From assembly GCA_016210565.1 (NCBI GenBank), contig JACQUA010000270.1:19996-51995 (forward strand): 32,000 nt of DNA, written 5' to 3'. Positions 23,838 through 32,000 of the stretch are shown here, piece by piece. This DNA comes from Chloroflexota bacterium (GTDB taxonomy: Bacteria; Chloroflexota; Dehalococcoidia; JACQUA01). The notes beneath the pieces were generated by a model, which was given only the letters and a program-made list of their open reading frames with translations, was not told the DNA's origin and did no database searches. Position numbers and translations under genes: made by a program. Every line of letters starts with the position of its first letter. Position 1 is the first letter of the stretch.

Positions 23838-25821
23838 CTTGCTTTCCAGGCCCGGGTGCTTCGGCTATCATCCGTTTCATGAGACTCACTACTCTGTAGG
23901 ACGCCCGGCCGTCCGGCTCGCCGGCCCATTCCCGGACGAACCGGTCCCTGCCGGCCTTGAGCTTCGCCCGGGTCGCCTCGTCAAACAGCGCCCGGTGGAT
24001 GGCCGGCCCGATGTCTTCCTTGCGGTAAACGCCCACAGCGGCGCTCTCTTGCGCGTAGGGGACGGACACCGGAGTTCCCGCCAGGTTGATCACCACCACC
24101 GGCTTACCAATCATCATCGCTTCCAGGGCAACGGTGGAGTACCTGACGATGATAAGCTCGCACCGGCTGATCACGGCGTACAAGTCGATATCCTTGACCA
24201 CGTGAATCCTCGGGTCACAGTACCGGCGAGCCGTCCCGTCGTAAGGCTCGATGCCTTCACCGGGATGAACCTTCACCACCAATTGGACATCGCTTGTTTT
24301 GAGGACGGCATCTATCACGCCAGTCAGCGCTTCCACCGTTTCACTAACAGCCAAATTCTCGGTGGCGAACACAACGATTGGCTTACCGGGATCGATGCCA
24401 GCCCTTGTAAGAACCTGGTCGTCTCGCTCCTTGTCTCTATAAAACAAAAGGTCGAAATGCGCTATCCCGGTCACAACTACTCTGTCCGGGCGAACTCCGC
24501 TTTCTATGTAAATGTTCCTTACTACTTCGCCCATGGTGGCAATTCTATCCGCGTGCAGGTGCCTCATGTACGAGGGGGCGTTATCAGTCTCCAGGACAGC
24601 GCTGCAAGCTAAGGTCGGAATATTATCTTTTCTGGCGAGCGCCGCTGCCATCTGTTGGGGGAAATATCCGTCCGGCATCAAACATACTATGTCCGGTAAT
24701 ATCGCCTTTATCAGCCTCTCGGTAAACATGATCGAGTAAATTGCCTCGAAACAGAGGCGCGGCAGTTGGGCTAGCAGGACCGCGGTACACAGGGATTCCG
24801 CCGAGAACCGGTCTGCCCCGGCGCGGGTGCCGGCATTGTCACGAAATGAACTGATATGCTTTCTGAGCCTGAGGAAGAGGGGGACGGCTTTCATCAACTC
24901 GAAGGGTAAGGAGATCGCTGCAAGCAAGCGGGATCGCCTGGAGACCCCGGTGTTATGGTCCTGGAAAAAAGCGACCAATCCTGGTTCATAAAGACCAACG
25001 TAAGGGATTATCCCGTTTCGAATGCATTCATTGCAAATAGCCCGCGCCGGTCTGGCATACAGCGCGGTGGAAACGATGAAGAGGGCTTTCTGCTTCCCCT
25101 CGTCTCCTGGTGCTGTACGAGCCGGATTAACCTTCTTGAACAGTCCCCGGAAGCGGCGTCCAGCAAACCCCGGTGCGTTCCGGAAGAACGAATACCCCAG
25201 GGCCGCAGCTTGCAAGCACCGGCGCGCCGGCGAACGAAACTTCTGGTACGCGGGCAAATACGTGGCCGTTGTGATCTCCGCCGAGGCAATCGCTGGAAAC
25301 CAGACAGTGTACGGCTTCGTAAGCACAAGAATGAGGGCTTTACAGTCTTGCGCTGTCATCTGCAGGCACAAGTTAGATAACCTTATCGCAAAAACGTAGC
25401 TTGCAAGGTCGTGCTCCAGGTTCAGAAAGCTTATGCCGGAATACTGTAATGAGTCAACGTGCTCCGCAGAAGCATGCAACAAATCGGACAGCTCATACGC
25501 CTTTCCCCAGCACGATTCGTCATCTGCACTGTAGTGGCGGTTAATTTCGTAAAACGCCTCACTGGCGATCCCGCCCAGTTCCAGCCTTTTTCGCGTTCCC
25601 TCGTCAACGCAGAAAACTCTGACGTTGTCCCCAAATCGTTTCCTGCTTCTTGAAACAAGCTGGCCGACCTTATCTTCAATCGCCGTTTCATCAACGAACT
25701 TGCAGATGAAAACTTTCATGATTACCGCTGGTTTCTGCCGCCACAGCGCCCGGAACAGTCGCGCCCTCAGGGACCTGGCTCTTATTGTTTCTGAGGTGGG
25801 CCATCGTCTCCGGACTTTCAC
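23824..25821 (-). CDS. Two-part surface-carbohydrate protein with C-terminal GT-B / CDP-glycerophosphotransferase-like domain
   Basis: 665 aa; C-terminal 'VVVTGIAHFDLLFY', 'VVKVHPGEGIEPYDG', 'CELIIVRYSTVALEAMIMIGKPVVVINL'-type region (read as ALEAMIGKPVVVINL), 'REDIGPAIHRALFDE'. The ~350 aa N-terminal part is not recognised. Confidence 0.55.
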   Translation of the reverse strand: MKVRRRWPTSETIRARSLRARLFRALWRQKPAVIMKVFICKFVDETAIEDKVGQLVSRSRKRFGDNVRVFCVDEGTRKRLELGGIASEAFYEINRHYSADDESCWGKAYELSDLLHASAEHVDSLQYSGISFLNLEHDLASYVFAIRLSNLCLQMTAQDCKALILVLTKPYTVWFPAIASAEITTATYLPAYQKFRSPARRCLQAAALGYSFFRNAPGFAGRRFRGLFKKVNPARTAPGDEGKQKALFIVSTALYARPARAICNECIRNGIIPYVGLYEPGLVAFFQDHNTGVSRRSRLLAAISLPFELMKAVPLFLRLRKHISSFRDNAGTRAGADRFSAESLCTAVLLAQLPRLCFEAIYSIMFTERLIKAILPDIVCLMPDGYFPQQMAAALARKDNIPTLACSAVLETDNAPSYMRHLHADRIATMGEVVRNIYIESGVRPDRVVVTGIAHFDLLFYRDKERDDQVLTRAGIDPGKPIVVFATENLAVSETVEALTGVIDAVLKTSDVQLVVKVHPGEGIEPYDGTARRYCDPRIHVVKDIDLYAVISRCELIIVRYSTVALEAMMIGKPVVVINLAGTPVSVPYAQESAAVGVYRKEDIGPAIHRALFDEATRAKLKAGRDRFVREWAGEPDGRASYRVVSLMKRMIAEAPGPGKQGRVG

Positions 25822-26924
25822 CCGGAGGTTGTCCCCGCGTTCAGGACGCGGGAGCGTATTTGGTCGAAGTCTCGCCGGTACTTGGAGGACCGGGGCGGTC
25901 CTGAACAGTACCCGTTTGCGTACCCGGAACCGATGAGCTGTATGCGCAACGTTTCCAGCACCCTGCCGGCCGCGGCGCGGGGATTCAGCCCACTCAGAAG
26001 ACGGGGAATCTTCCCCGGCCCGGATTTCCTCCCGGTTTCTGCCGGACAGTATCTTCTCATGTAGGCCGACATGGCGTTATCAACGACTCTTCCTGCCCCG
26101 TTTAAATCCAGACGGGACTGTTTGCTGAGATGAACTGACAGGCATGTTCGGAATTTGGCATATTCCTCATCATATACCCCCGCTTCAAGGGCATCTCTCA
26201 GGGTTGGCCAGAATCCGGGTGTGATTGAATCGCCGACATAACATCCAGCTCTGATTGATCCACTGTCCCGAGCGTCATAGAAAACATCCAAACATTTTAG
26301 CTTGCTATAGATAATGGCAAGCATGGAGGGCAAGAGCTCTCCGAAGAAGACGGGATCGACCCCGGACTTCAACAGTTCTCCATAAACCATTTTCAGAAGC
26401 TCGGTTCGGTGAACAGCATAAATGGTCGGATGCGAGTAATTCGTCAGATGATGATGGAACCGGGCCGTCGAGTCAGAAGAGGTAATGGATTCATGGGAGT
26501 AAACAGGCGCCCACCAGAATACTTGTTTCCCATTTTCGCCTTCCTCTAAGTGGAAACTGATATAGTGTCCATGAGCAACGGCAAAGCCTGGGTTCTTTTC
26601 CAAAAAGCCCATCGATGCTCTTACGCCGTTTGGTATGACAAAATCATCATCGGCAGCGAAAAGGCAATACTTTTCTTCAGCGTGCTCTACCGCATCAGCC
26701 ATCTTATGGTGGGGGTTGATCTTTGTGGAATAATTATCAAGATATTGAATGCTCAGACCCGAAATTGATGAGATCGTTTTCCTATTTGCTGGTTTAATCT
26801 CATTGGAACTAGAATCGGCTACAATTATGTTGAAATCTTTCGCGTGATCAGCGTAGTAGCCCAAAGCGCGGCGCAGATAGTCCGGACGGTTAAAGGTGGG
26901 GATGATGAGGTTGCAAATCGCCAT
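25818..26924 (-). CDS. Family-2-like (TIGR00180-type) glycosyltransferase
   Basis: 'NLIIPTFNRPDYLRRALGYYADHAKDFNIIVADSSSNE', 'EEKYCLFAADDDFVIPNGVRASMGFLEKNPG'. Confidence 0.8.
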   Translation of the reverse strand: MAICNLIIPTFNRPDYLRRALGYYADHAKDFNIIVADSSSNEIKPANRKTISSISGLSIQYLDNYSTKINPHHKMADAVEHAEEKYCLFAADDDFVIPNGVRASMGFLEKNPGFAVAHGHYISFHLEEGENGKQVFWWAPVYSHESITSSDSTARFHHHLTNYSHPTIYAVHRTELLKMVYGELLKSGVDPVFFGELLPSMLAIIYSKLKCLDVFYDARDSGSIRAGCYVGDSITPGFWPTLRDALEAGVYDEEYAKFRTCLSVHLSKQSRLDLNGAGRVVDNAMSAYMRRYCPAETGRKSGPGKIPRLLSGLNPRAAAGRVLETLRIQLIGSGYANGYCSGPPRSSKYRRDFDQIRSRVLNAGTTSG

Positions 26925-28079
26925 TCAGTGCTTCCTCAGCAGTATTTTCTTGAGACAATCACAGATATATTCTACATCCGACTCGGTAAGGTTAGCCGCC
27001 GAGGGAAGACATAACCCGTAGGGAGAGATTTCATACGACACCGGATTTATTTTCCGCATATTCCTGCCGCTGCAATACCGGGCATAGGCGGGCATCGAGC
27101 TTACCGGATAGAAGAAGGGTCTCCCGTCGATGTTGTCTTCTTTCAGCTTGCGTATTAGCTGTTCTTTCCTCAGGCCATATTCTTTACTGATCATTGCCGT
27201 CGCCACCCAGAAAGTGCTCCGCGTGTTCCTGGCTTCGAAGTTCAACCGCATGCCGTCCAGGTCCTTAAGCCTTTCGGAATACCAGCGGAGGGCTCGCCTC
27301 TTTTGTTCCACCAGCTCATTAAGCCTTCGTAGTTGCGCCAGGGCGAGCGCCGCCTGCATATTTGTCCACTGATAGTTGAAACCGATTTCCTCCGACCAGA
27401 ACGTCTTAACTTTGTATTCCGCCATTCCATGATGGCGCAGCTTCCTGGCTCTCTCATAAATCCGTCTATTGTTCGTGGCCAGCATTCCTCCCTGGCCGGC
27501 CATCATAAGCTTGGTGGCATTAAAGCTGAAGAGGGAGATTTTCCCAAAAGTTCCGGCCTTCTGGTTCTTGTACTCTGCACCCATGGCCTCGGCCGCGTCC
27601 TCGATTATGGGAACTGCGTGCCGGCGCGCAATGCTCCTGATTTCTTCCATCCTGGGCATCGTCCCGTAGAGATCAACCACTACCACTGCCCTGGTCTTTC
27701 CGGTTATCGCTCTCTCGAAGGAGTCCGGATCCAGGCACCAATCGTTTCGGTCAATATCGGCAAACACAGGCGTCGCCCCAACGTAATGGATTGGGGCGGC
27801 CGATGCCACCCAGGTGATGTCGGGTACTATGACTTCATCCCCGGGCCCGATATTTAATGCCAGCAGCGCCAGGTGGATGGCATCGGTGCAGTGGGCGGTT
27901 GGCAGACAATACTTCATGCCCGTATAAGAAGAGAACTCTTTTGTGAATTGGTCAATGTGCATATTCCTGTTTTCATACCAGCCATACCTCACTGCCTCGG
28001 TAACGAGCCGGACTTCTTCATCGGTTATGAATGGACCTTGAGATGGTATCCGGGCTCTTGTGCTGCCGTTATCTACCAT
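26925..28079 (-). CDS. DegT/DnrJ/EryC1/StrS-family PLP aminotransferase
   Basis: 'GWYENRNMHIDQFTKEFSSYTGMKYCLPTAHCTDAIHLAL', 'PIIEDAAEAMGAEYK', PLP-lysine 'LFSFNATKLMMAGQGG'. Confidence 0.9.
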   Translation of the reverse strand: MVDNGSTRARIPSQGPFITDEEVRLVTEAVRYGWYENRNMHIDQFTKEFSSYTGMKYCLPTAHCTDAIHLALLALNIGPGDEVIVPDITWVASAAPIHYVGATPVFADIDRNDWCLDPDSFERAITGKTRAVVVVDLYGTMPRMEEIRSIARRHAVPIIEDAAEAMGAEYKNQKAGTFGKISLFSFNATKLMMAGQGGMLATNNRRIYERARKLRHHGMAEYKVKTFWSEEIGFNYQWTNMQAALALAQLRRLNELVEQKRRALRWYSERLKDLDGMRLNFEARNTRSTFWVATAMISKEYGLRKEQLIRKLKEDNIDGRPFFYPVSSMPAYARYCSGRNMRKINPVSYEISPYGLCLPSAANLTESDVEYICDCLKKILLRKH

Positions 28080-28091
28080 GCTGTGCGTCCC

Positions 28092-28871
28092 CTATCTATC
28101 ACCGTCAGCGTATTCCAGGCTGACACGTGCGTACACCTTTTTACCATTGTCTACGAAATAAGCGGAAGGATGCGGTGGAAATGTCCGTGCTCTGAGAAGA
28201 TTAATCAATTCTCTGGCCGTGTATTTCTTGTCCAAATCGATTACGTCCAGTTTCCGTAAATCTTTGGCAAGGTGAGAAGTTGCTTTGTTTTCGTTTTGCT
28301 CGGTCCGGTTTGGTTTTCCGTCTCTGATATCTGGCCAGGTTCTCTTGAACAATTCCACACTTTCATGTACGCTTTTGTTATATACTGTCTCTCCGGTATC
28401 GATAGGTTCCACTGCTATCATGGTCTGTGCGATGATATCGCCCGTATCCGTGCCCTCATCTATGTAATGCAGCGTTACGCCCGCGGGCGTTCCGTCAACT
28501 ATAGCCCATACATTGGGGTTCTTGCCGCGATTGTATGGTAGGTATGCCAGGTGTACATTAATGCAACCGTAGAGGGGTATTGCGAGTAGTTCAGGTTTGA
28601 GTAGAAGTCCCCAGAAAACACTCAGGATTATGTCTGGTTTCAGCTTCCTGATATCATCCAGGCATGTCCCTCTTTGGATTTCATCTCCATCAAAGATTTT
28701 ATTCCGTGGCAAGCCCAGCGCCTGGACGATCTTGTTCGTATAGCCCCTGTTAAGATAGCCCTCCATACGTGGGGGATGAACAGCCAGTCCCACTATGTTC
28801 TCGCTTTTTCCTTTCAGATATTTAGCAATTTCGTGGCCTGCCCAATAATCCGCCATTAGCAATATTCTCAT
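28092..28871 (-). CDS. Methionyl-tRNA-formyltransferase-like sugar N-formyltransferase
   Basis: 'GCINVHLAYLPYNRGKNPNVWAIVDGTPAGVTLHYIDEGTDTGDIIAQ' contains the Asn-His-Asp catalytic pattern of formyltransferases. Confidence 0.82.
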   Translation of the reverse strand: MRILLMADYWAGHEIAKYLKGKSENIVGLAVHPPRMEGYLNRGYTNKIVQALGLPRNKIFDGDEIQRGTCLDDIRKLKPDIILSVFWGLLLKPELLAIPLYGCINVHLAYLPYNRGKNPNVWAIVDGTPAGVTLHYIDEGTDTGDIIAQTMIAVEPIDTGETVYNKSVHESVELFKRTWPDIRDGKPNRTEQNENKATSHLAKDLRKLDVIDLDKKYTARELINLLRARTFPPHPSAYFVDNGKKVYARVSLEYADGDR

Positions 28872-28877
28872 ACTTTC

Positions 28878-29954
28878 CTACTCCCGATTCCACATCAAAT
28901 CTTCTGACAAATATCCATTCTTCAATAGATTTTCCATCTTTTGCAGTCGATAGAAATTAACATTATTAAAATGCGCCTCGGTTAGCGGCAATCCCTTGAA
29001 GCAATCTGTCATTTCCCGTATTCCATTCTTAACCGACCAGTCACACCGAAATCCCGGGAAGGTCTTCTTTATCAGTTCAAAGGAGACTTTGTAGGTCCGC
29101 GTGTCAACACCATCCTGGACCTTTCTGTCTTTAACCAGATCCAGGCCGTTGGAGTTGTCATTGATGTTCCGCAAGAATGTAATTTCACTGCCCGGGACCG
29201 CGTCCTTTACCATCCTGGCAAGATCAATTATCTGGTAGTTTGCCTGAGCGTCGCCTACGTTCAAAACCAATGGTCTATCCTGCTCGAGATCGTAATCAAT
29301 ACCGTACCGGATAGCTTTACACATATCCTGAATATGAACAAATGGTCTCCAGGCTTTGCCGTCGGAATTCAGAATGATTCTTTTCGTCGCTACGGCCATC
29401 CCGGCAAACATATTTATCACTAAGTCAAAGCGCATACGCGGCGACAACCCGAAGGCGGTGGCAAATCTAAGCATGACCGGGGAAAAATCTTTATCGCCCA
29501 TCTCCGCGAGGTCGTTTTCGATTTGCAGTTTGTTCAAAGAGTAGCCGGTCTGGGGGTTCGTTGGCGATTGCTCAGTCAGGACTTGCTGGCCTCCCGCCCC
29601 GTATACCGAACAGCTTGACGCAAAAACGAACCTTATGCCCCTGGACTTACACAGTTTGGCGATGGCGATGGTGTATTTCCTCACCGGATCATAGACTTTC
29701 TCCCGCGGCAAAGACTCAAGTGGATCATTGGATATGGCGGCCAGGTGCACTACCGCATCCACTCCCTTCAAATCGTCGCCGCCAAAATTCCTCATATCCT
29801 TAAATATCGTTTTCTCTTCTTTCGGCGGGTAGAGGCAGCAGTCCCTGAAGAAACCGGTATCGTAGCCGGTACACTCATAGTTGTTATCAGCCAGGTAGGG
29901 CATGAGCACACTGCCAATATATCCAAGAGACCCGGTAACCAGGACCTTTTTCAT
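28878..29954 (-). CDS. NAD-dependent epimerase/dehydratase family protein
   Basis: 'KKVLVTGSLGYIGSVLMPYL', 'FASSCSVYG', 'GYSLNKLQIE', 'RFATAFGLSPRMRFDLVINMF', 'RPFVHIQDMCKAI'. Confidence 0.88.
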   Translation of the reverse strand: MKKVLVTGSLGYIGSVLMPYLADNNYECTGYDTGFFRDCCLYPPKEEKTIFKDMRNFGGDDLKGVDAVVHLAAISNDPLESLPREKVYDPVRKYTIAIAKLCKSRGIRFVFASSCSVYGAGGQQVLTEQSPTNPQTGYSLNKLQIENDLAEMGDKDFSPVMLRFATAFGLSPRMRFDLVINMFAGMAVATKRIILNSDGKAWRPFVHIQDMCKAIRYGIDYDLEQDRPLVLNVGDAQANYQIIDLARMVKDAVPGSEITFLRNINDNSNGLDLVKDRKVQDGVDTRTYKVSFELIKKTFPGFRCDWSVKNGIREMTDCFKGLPLTEAHFNNVNFYRLQKMENLLKNGYLSEDLMWNRE

Positions 29955-29960
29955 TTTTTC

Positions 29961-30890
29961 TTAATCCCTGACTTTCTCTGAAAGTTTCAGCGGCGCGTCT
30001 AGATAGTAGTCAATAGTCTTTTGAATGCCTTCCTTTATGCCTGTTCCCGGCACCCAGCCGAGGTCGGTCTTGATTCTCGAGATGTCTGCCCAGAAGTTAG
30101 CGGTTGGACCACTGGCGGGCTGCTCCGGCGCCTTGCCCTCGTATGGCAAGCCGAGGCTTGCACGGACAGTCTCCACAATCTCCTGGACGCTGGTGGAACT
30201 GCCCGACCCGATATTGTAGACGCCGTTCTTCTTCGGGCCATTGGTAATTGCCGAGATCGCCCTGGCTACATCTTCCACATAAACAAAATCATTTCTGGCC
30301 AGGGGGGTCTTTAGCTCAGGTCTTTCACCCTTCCGCGCACAGTCAATGATGTAAGGTATGAGAGACGCTTTTCGATGTCCCGGGCCGTAGACATAGAACA
30401 GCCTGGTCCAAACAAAGCCCATGCCACGTTCTCGGGCAAGCTCCTTTCCTAACCAGTGCAAGGCATTCTTGGCGGCGGCAAAGGCGTTGGATGGTTTTAG
30501 CACCGCATCTTCGCTGACTTTTCCGGTCTGCTGCCCGTATTCCCAGCAACTTCCGCTACAGATGACAGACTTGCATCCCGACTCCGCTAACATGGTTAGC
30601 AAACTCAAGCCATAATTGAGGTTTTTTACGCTTGTTTCAGCGTCATAATTGGGTATACCTTCCCATGCCAGGTGAACAGCCACCTCAGGGCTGAACTGTC
30701 CGACCTCATCTTGCCACTTTCCAATATCCGAGAGGTCACCCTGTACCGTGTCAACTTTCGGCATCACCGGCAAAGAGCGAGCGTTTCCCGGTTGCCGGGA
30801 CAGCAAAAGCAGAGCGTTTCCTCCGCTCTGTAATTCTTTTACCACACGACTCCCGACAAAACCCGTGCCACCAGTTACGAAAATTCTCAT
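29961..30890 (-). CDS. NAD-dependent epimerase/dehydratase family protein
   Basis: 'MRIFVTGGTGFVGSRVVKEL', 'CSGSCWEYG', 'RLFYVYGPGHR', 'RNDFVYVEDVARAI'. The Tyr-x3-Lys position reads 'NAFAAAKNALHW' (Tyr replaced by Phe). Confidence 0.8.
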   Translation of the reverse strand: MRIFVTGGTGFVGSRVVKELQSGGNALLLLSRQPGNARSLPVMPKVDTVQGDLSDIGKWQDEVGQFSPEVAVHLAWEGIPNYDAETSVKNLNYGLSLLTMLAESGCKSVICSGSCWEYGQQTGKVSEDAVLKPSNAFAAAKNALHWLGKELARERGMGFVWTRLFYVYGPGHRKASLIPYIIDCARKGERPELKTPLARNDFVYVEDVARAISAITNGPKKNGVYNIGSGSSTSVQEIVETVRASLGLPYEGKAPEQPASGPTANFWADISRIKTDLGWVPGTGIKEGIQKTIDYYLDAPLKLSEKVRD

Positions 30891-30928
30891 GCTATTACTT
30901 CAATATATGATTAATCTGTTTCACAGAA

Positions 30929-32000
30929 TCATATTCTATCTGCAAGGAACTCGTCGAACTTAGAAACCATGTAATCAAGCATCTCACGAGTCAGTCCCGG
31001 GTAAACACCTACCCAGAAGGTATTTCCCATGGCGTAATCCGTTTTATCCACACCTCCAACGATTCGGCATCTTATGTCCCGATAAGCTGGCTGTTTGAGA
31101 ATATTTCCGGCAAAAAGTAACCTGGTCAAGATTTTGTTGGACTCAAGGAATACTACTAACTCGTTTCTTGAAAAACCGGCCTTCTCTTTTATGGTTAAGG
31201 GGAAACCAAACCAGCTCGGCTCGGCCTTTTGGTCCCAAGAGGGTAAATAAAAGACATCCTCATATTTTTTAAAATGTAAATACAAATATTCGAAATTCCG
31301 GCGTCGAGCCGAGATGAAGTCGTCTAATTTCTCCAATTGCGCCAGTCCGATTGCCGGTTGCAGGTCAAGAGCCTTCAAATTGTAGCCTATATGTGAATAG
31401 ATGTACTTGTGGTCATAACCGAAAGGCAACTGCCCCAATTGCCAGTTAAATCTCTTCCCACAGGTATCATCATGGCCGGGTCGACACCAGCAGTGTCTTC
31501 CCCAGTCTCGAAACGAACGCAAAAGTTTTGTGAGCAGCGGGCTATTGGCAGCTAAAAGCCCTCCTTCTCCCATGGTGATATGGTGTGGAGGGTAAAAGCT
31601 GAAAGTAGAGATATCGCCGAAGCTGCCAACAAGCCTGCCATTATATTTTGACCCCAGCGCATCACAAGTGTCCTCAATTAGAAACAATCCATTCCTTTCA
31701 CAGAACTGCATTATGGTATCTAGATCAAACGGATTACCGAGAGCATGCGCGATAAAGACCGCCCTGGTTCTCTCGCTGAGTGCCTCTTCCAATTTCGCGG
31801 TATCAATATTATAAGTCCCTATTTTTATATCCAGGAAAACAGGAACCAGGTTATTTTGAATGATAGGATTTACCGTAGTCGGAAAGGCTGCCGCCACACT
31901 GATGACTTCGTCACCAGGTCTGAGACGTTTCTCGCCCAGTTCCTCCGAAGTTAGTACACAAACAGCAAGAAGATTAGCCGATGAGCCGGAGTTAGTCAGA
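30929..32000 (-). CDS. rfbH: RfbH/E1-type CDP-4-keto-6-deoxyglucose-3-dehydratase (5' end beyond right edge)
   Basis: '[14 protein letters not shown]' (His in place of the PLP Lys), '[46 protein letters not shown]'. Frame stays open past 31897: '[45 protein letters not shown]'. Confidence 0.93.
   Translation of the reverse strand, partial: LTNSGSSANLLAVCVLTSEELGEKRLRPGDEVISVAAAFPTTVNPIIQNNLVPVFLDIKIGTYNIDTAKLEEALSERTRAVFIAHALGNPFDLDTIMQFCERNGLFLIEDTCDALGSKYNGRLVGSFGDISTFSFYPPHHITMGEGGLLAANSPLLTKLLRSFRDWGRHCWCRPGHDDTCGKRFNWQLGQLPFGYDHKYIYSHIGYNLKALDLQPAIGLAQLEKLDDFISARRRNFEYLYLHFKKYEDVFYLPSWDQKAEPSWFGFPLTIKEKAGFSRNELVVFLESNKILTRLLFAGNILKQPAYRDIRCRIVGGVDKTDYAMGNTFWVGVYPGLTREMLDYMVSKFDEFLADRI

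Noticed and set aside
1-32000. Defence system, prophage, integrase or toxin-antitoxin
   Set aside because: No integrase, transposase, nuclease, helicase, portal or toxin-like proteins were seen. Gene content is consistently glycan biosynthesis.

Overview
The 32 kb window is almost entirely a surface-glycan or nonulosonic-acid (sialic-acid-like) biosynthesis island. It reads + from 1-4909, - from 4927-16932, one isolated + gene at 17239-18282, then - to the right edge. There are four NeuB-family synthases: two canonical (9947-10996, 20467-21534) and two with altered active-site motifs (14966-16078, 17239-18282). Alongside them are two NeuC-type hydrolysing 2-epimerases, two NeuD-family acyltransferases, two paralogous SpsF/CMP-KDO-synthetase-like cytidylyltransferases, a class III (glutamate-1-semialdehyde-aminomutase-like) aminotransferase, a Gfo/Idh oxidoreductase, a CapD/PseB-like 4,6-dehydratase, two conventional DegT aminotransferases, several SDR enzymes, an N-formyltransferase, glycosyltransferases, and an RfbH/E1-type 3-dehydratase truncated by the right edge. 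Intergenic gaps carry many small palindromic repeats: a ~510 bp fold-back element with apparent nested insertions (3247-3756), a 36-bp tandem hairpin array (11139-11308), and at least five copies of a ~60 bp GGTGGGTTCGCGCA...TTAACCCACCCTAC element, some supplying start or stop regions to genes. Strongest leads for undescribed biology are the paired [cytidylyltransferase + divergent NeuB-like] modules with the aminotransferase/oxidoreductase, and the fold-back element. No CRISPR array, rRNA or tRNA was recognised. All family calls come from motif recognition by eye; no database search was run.
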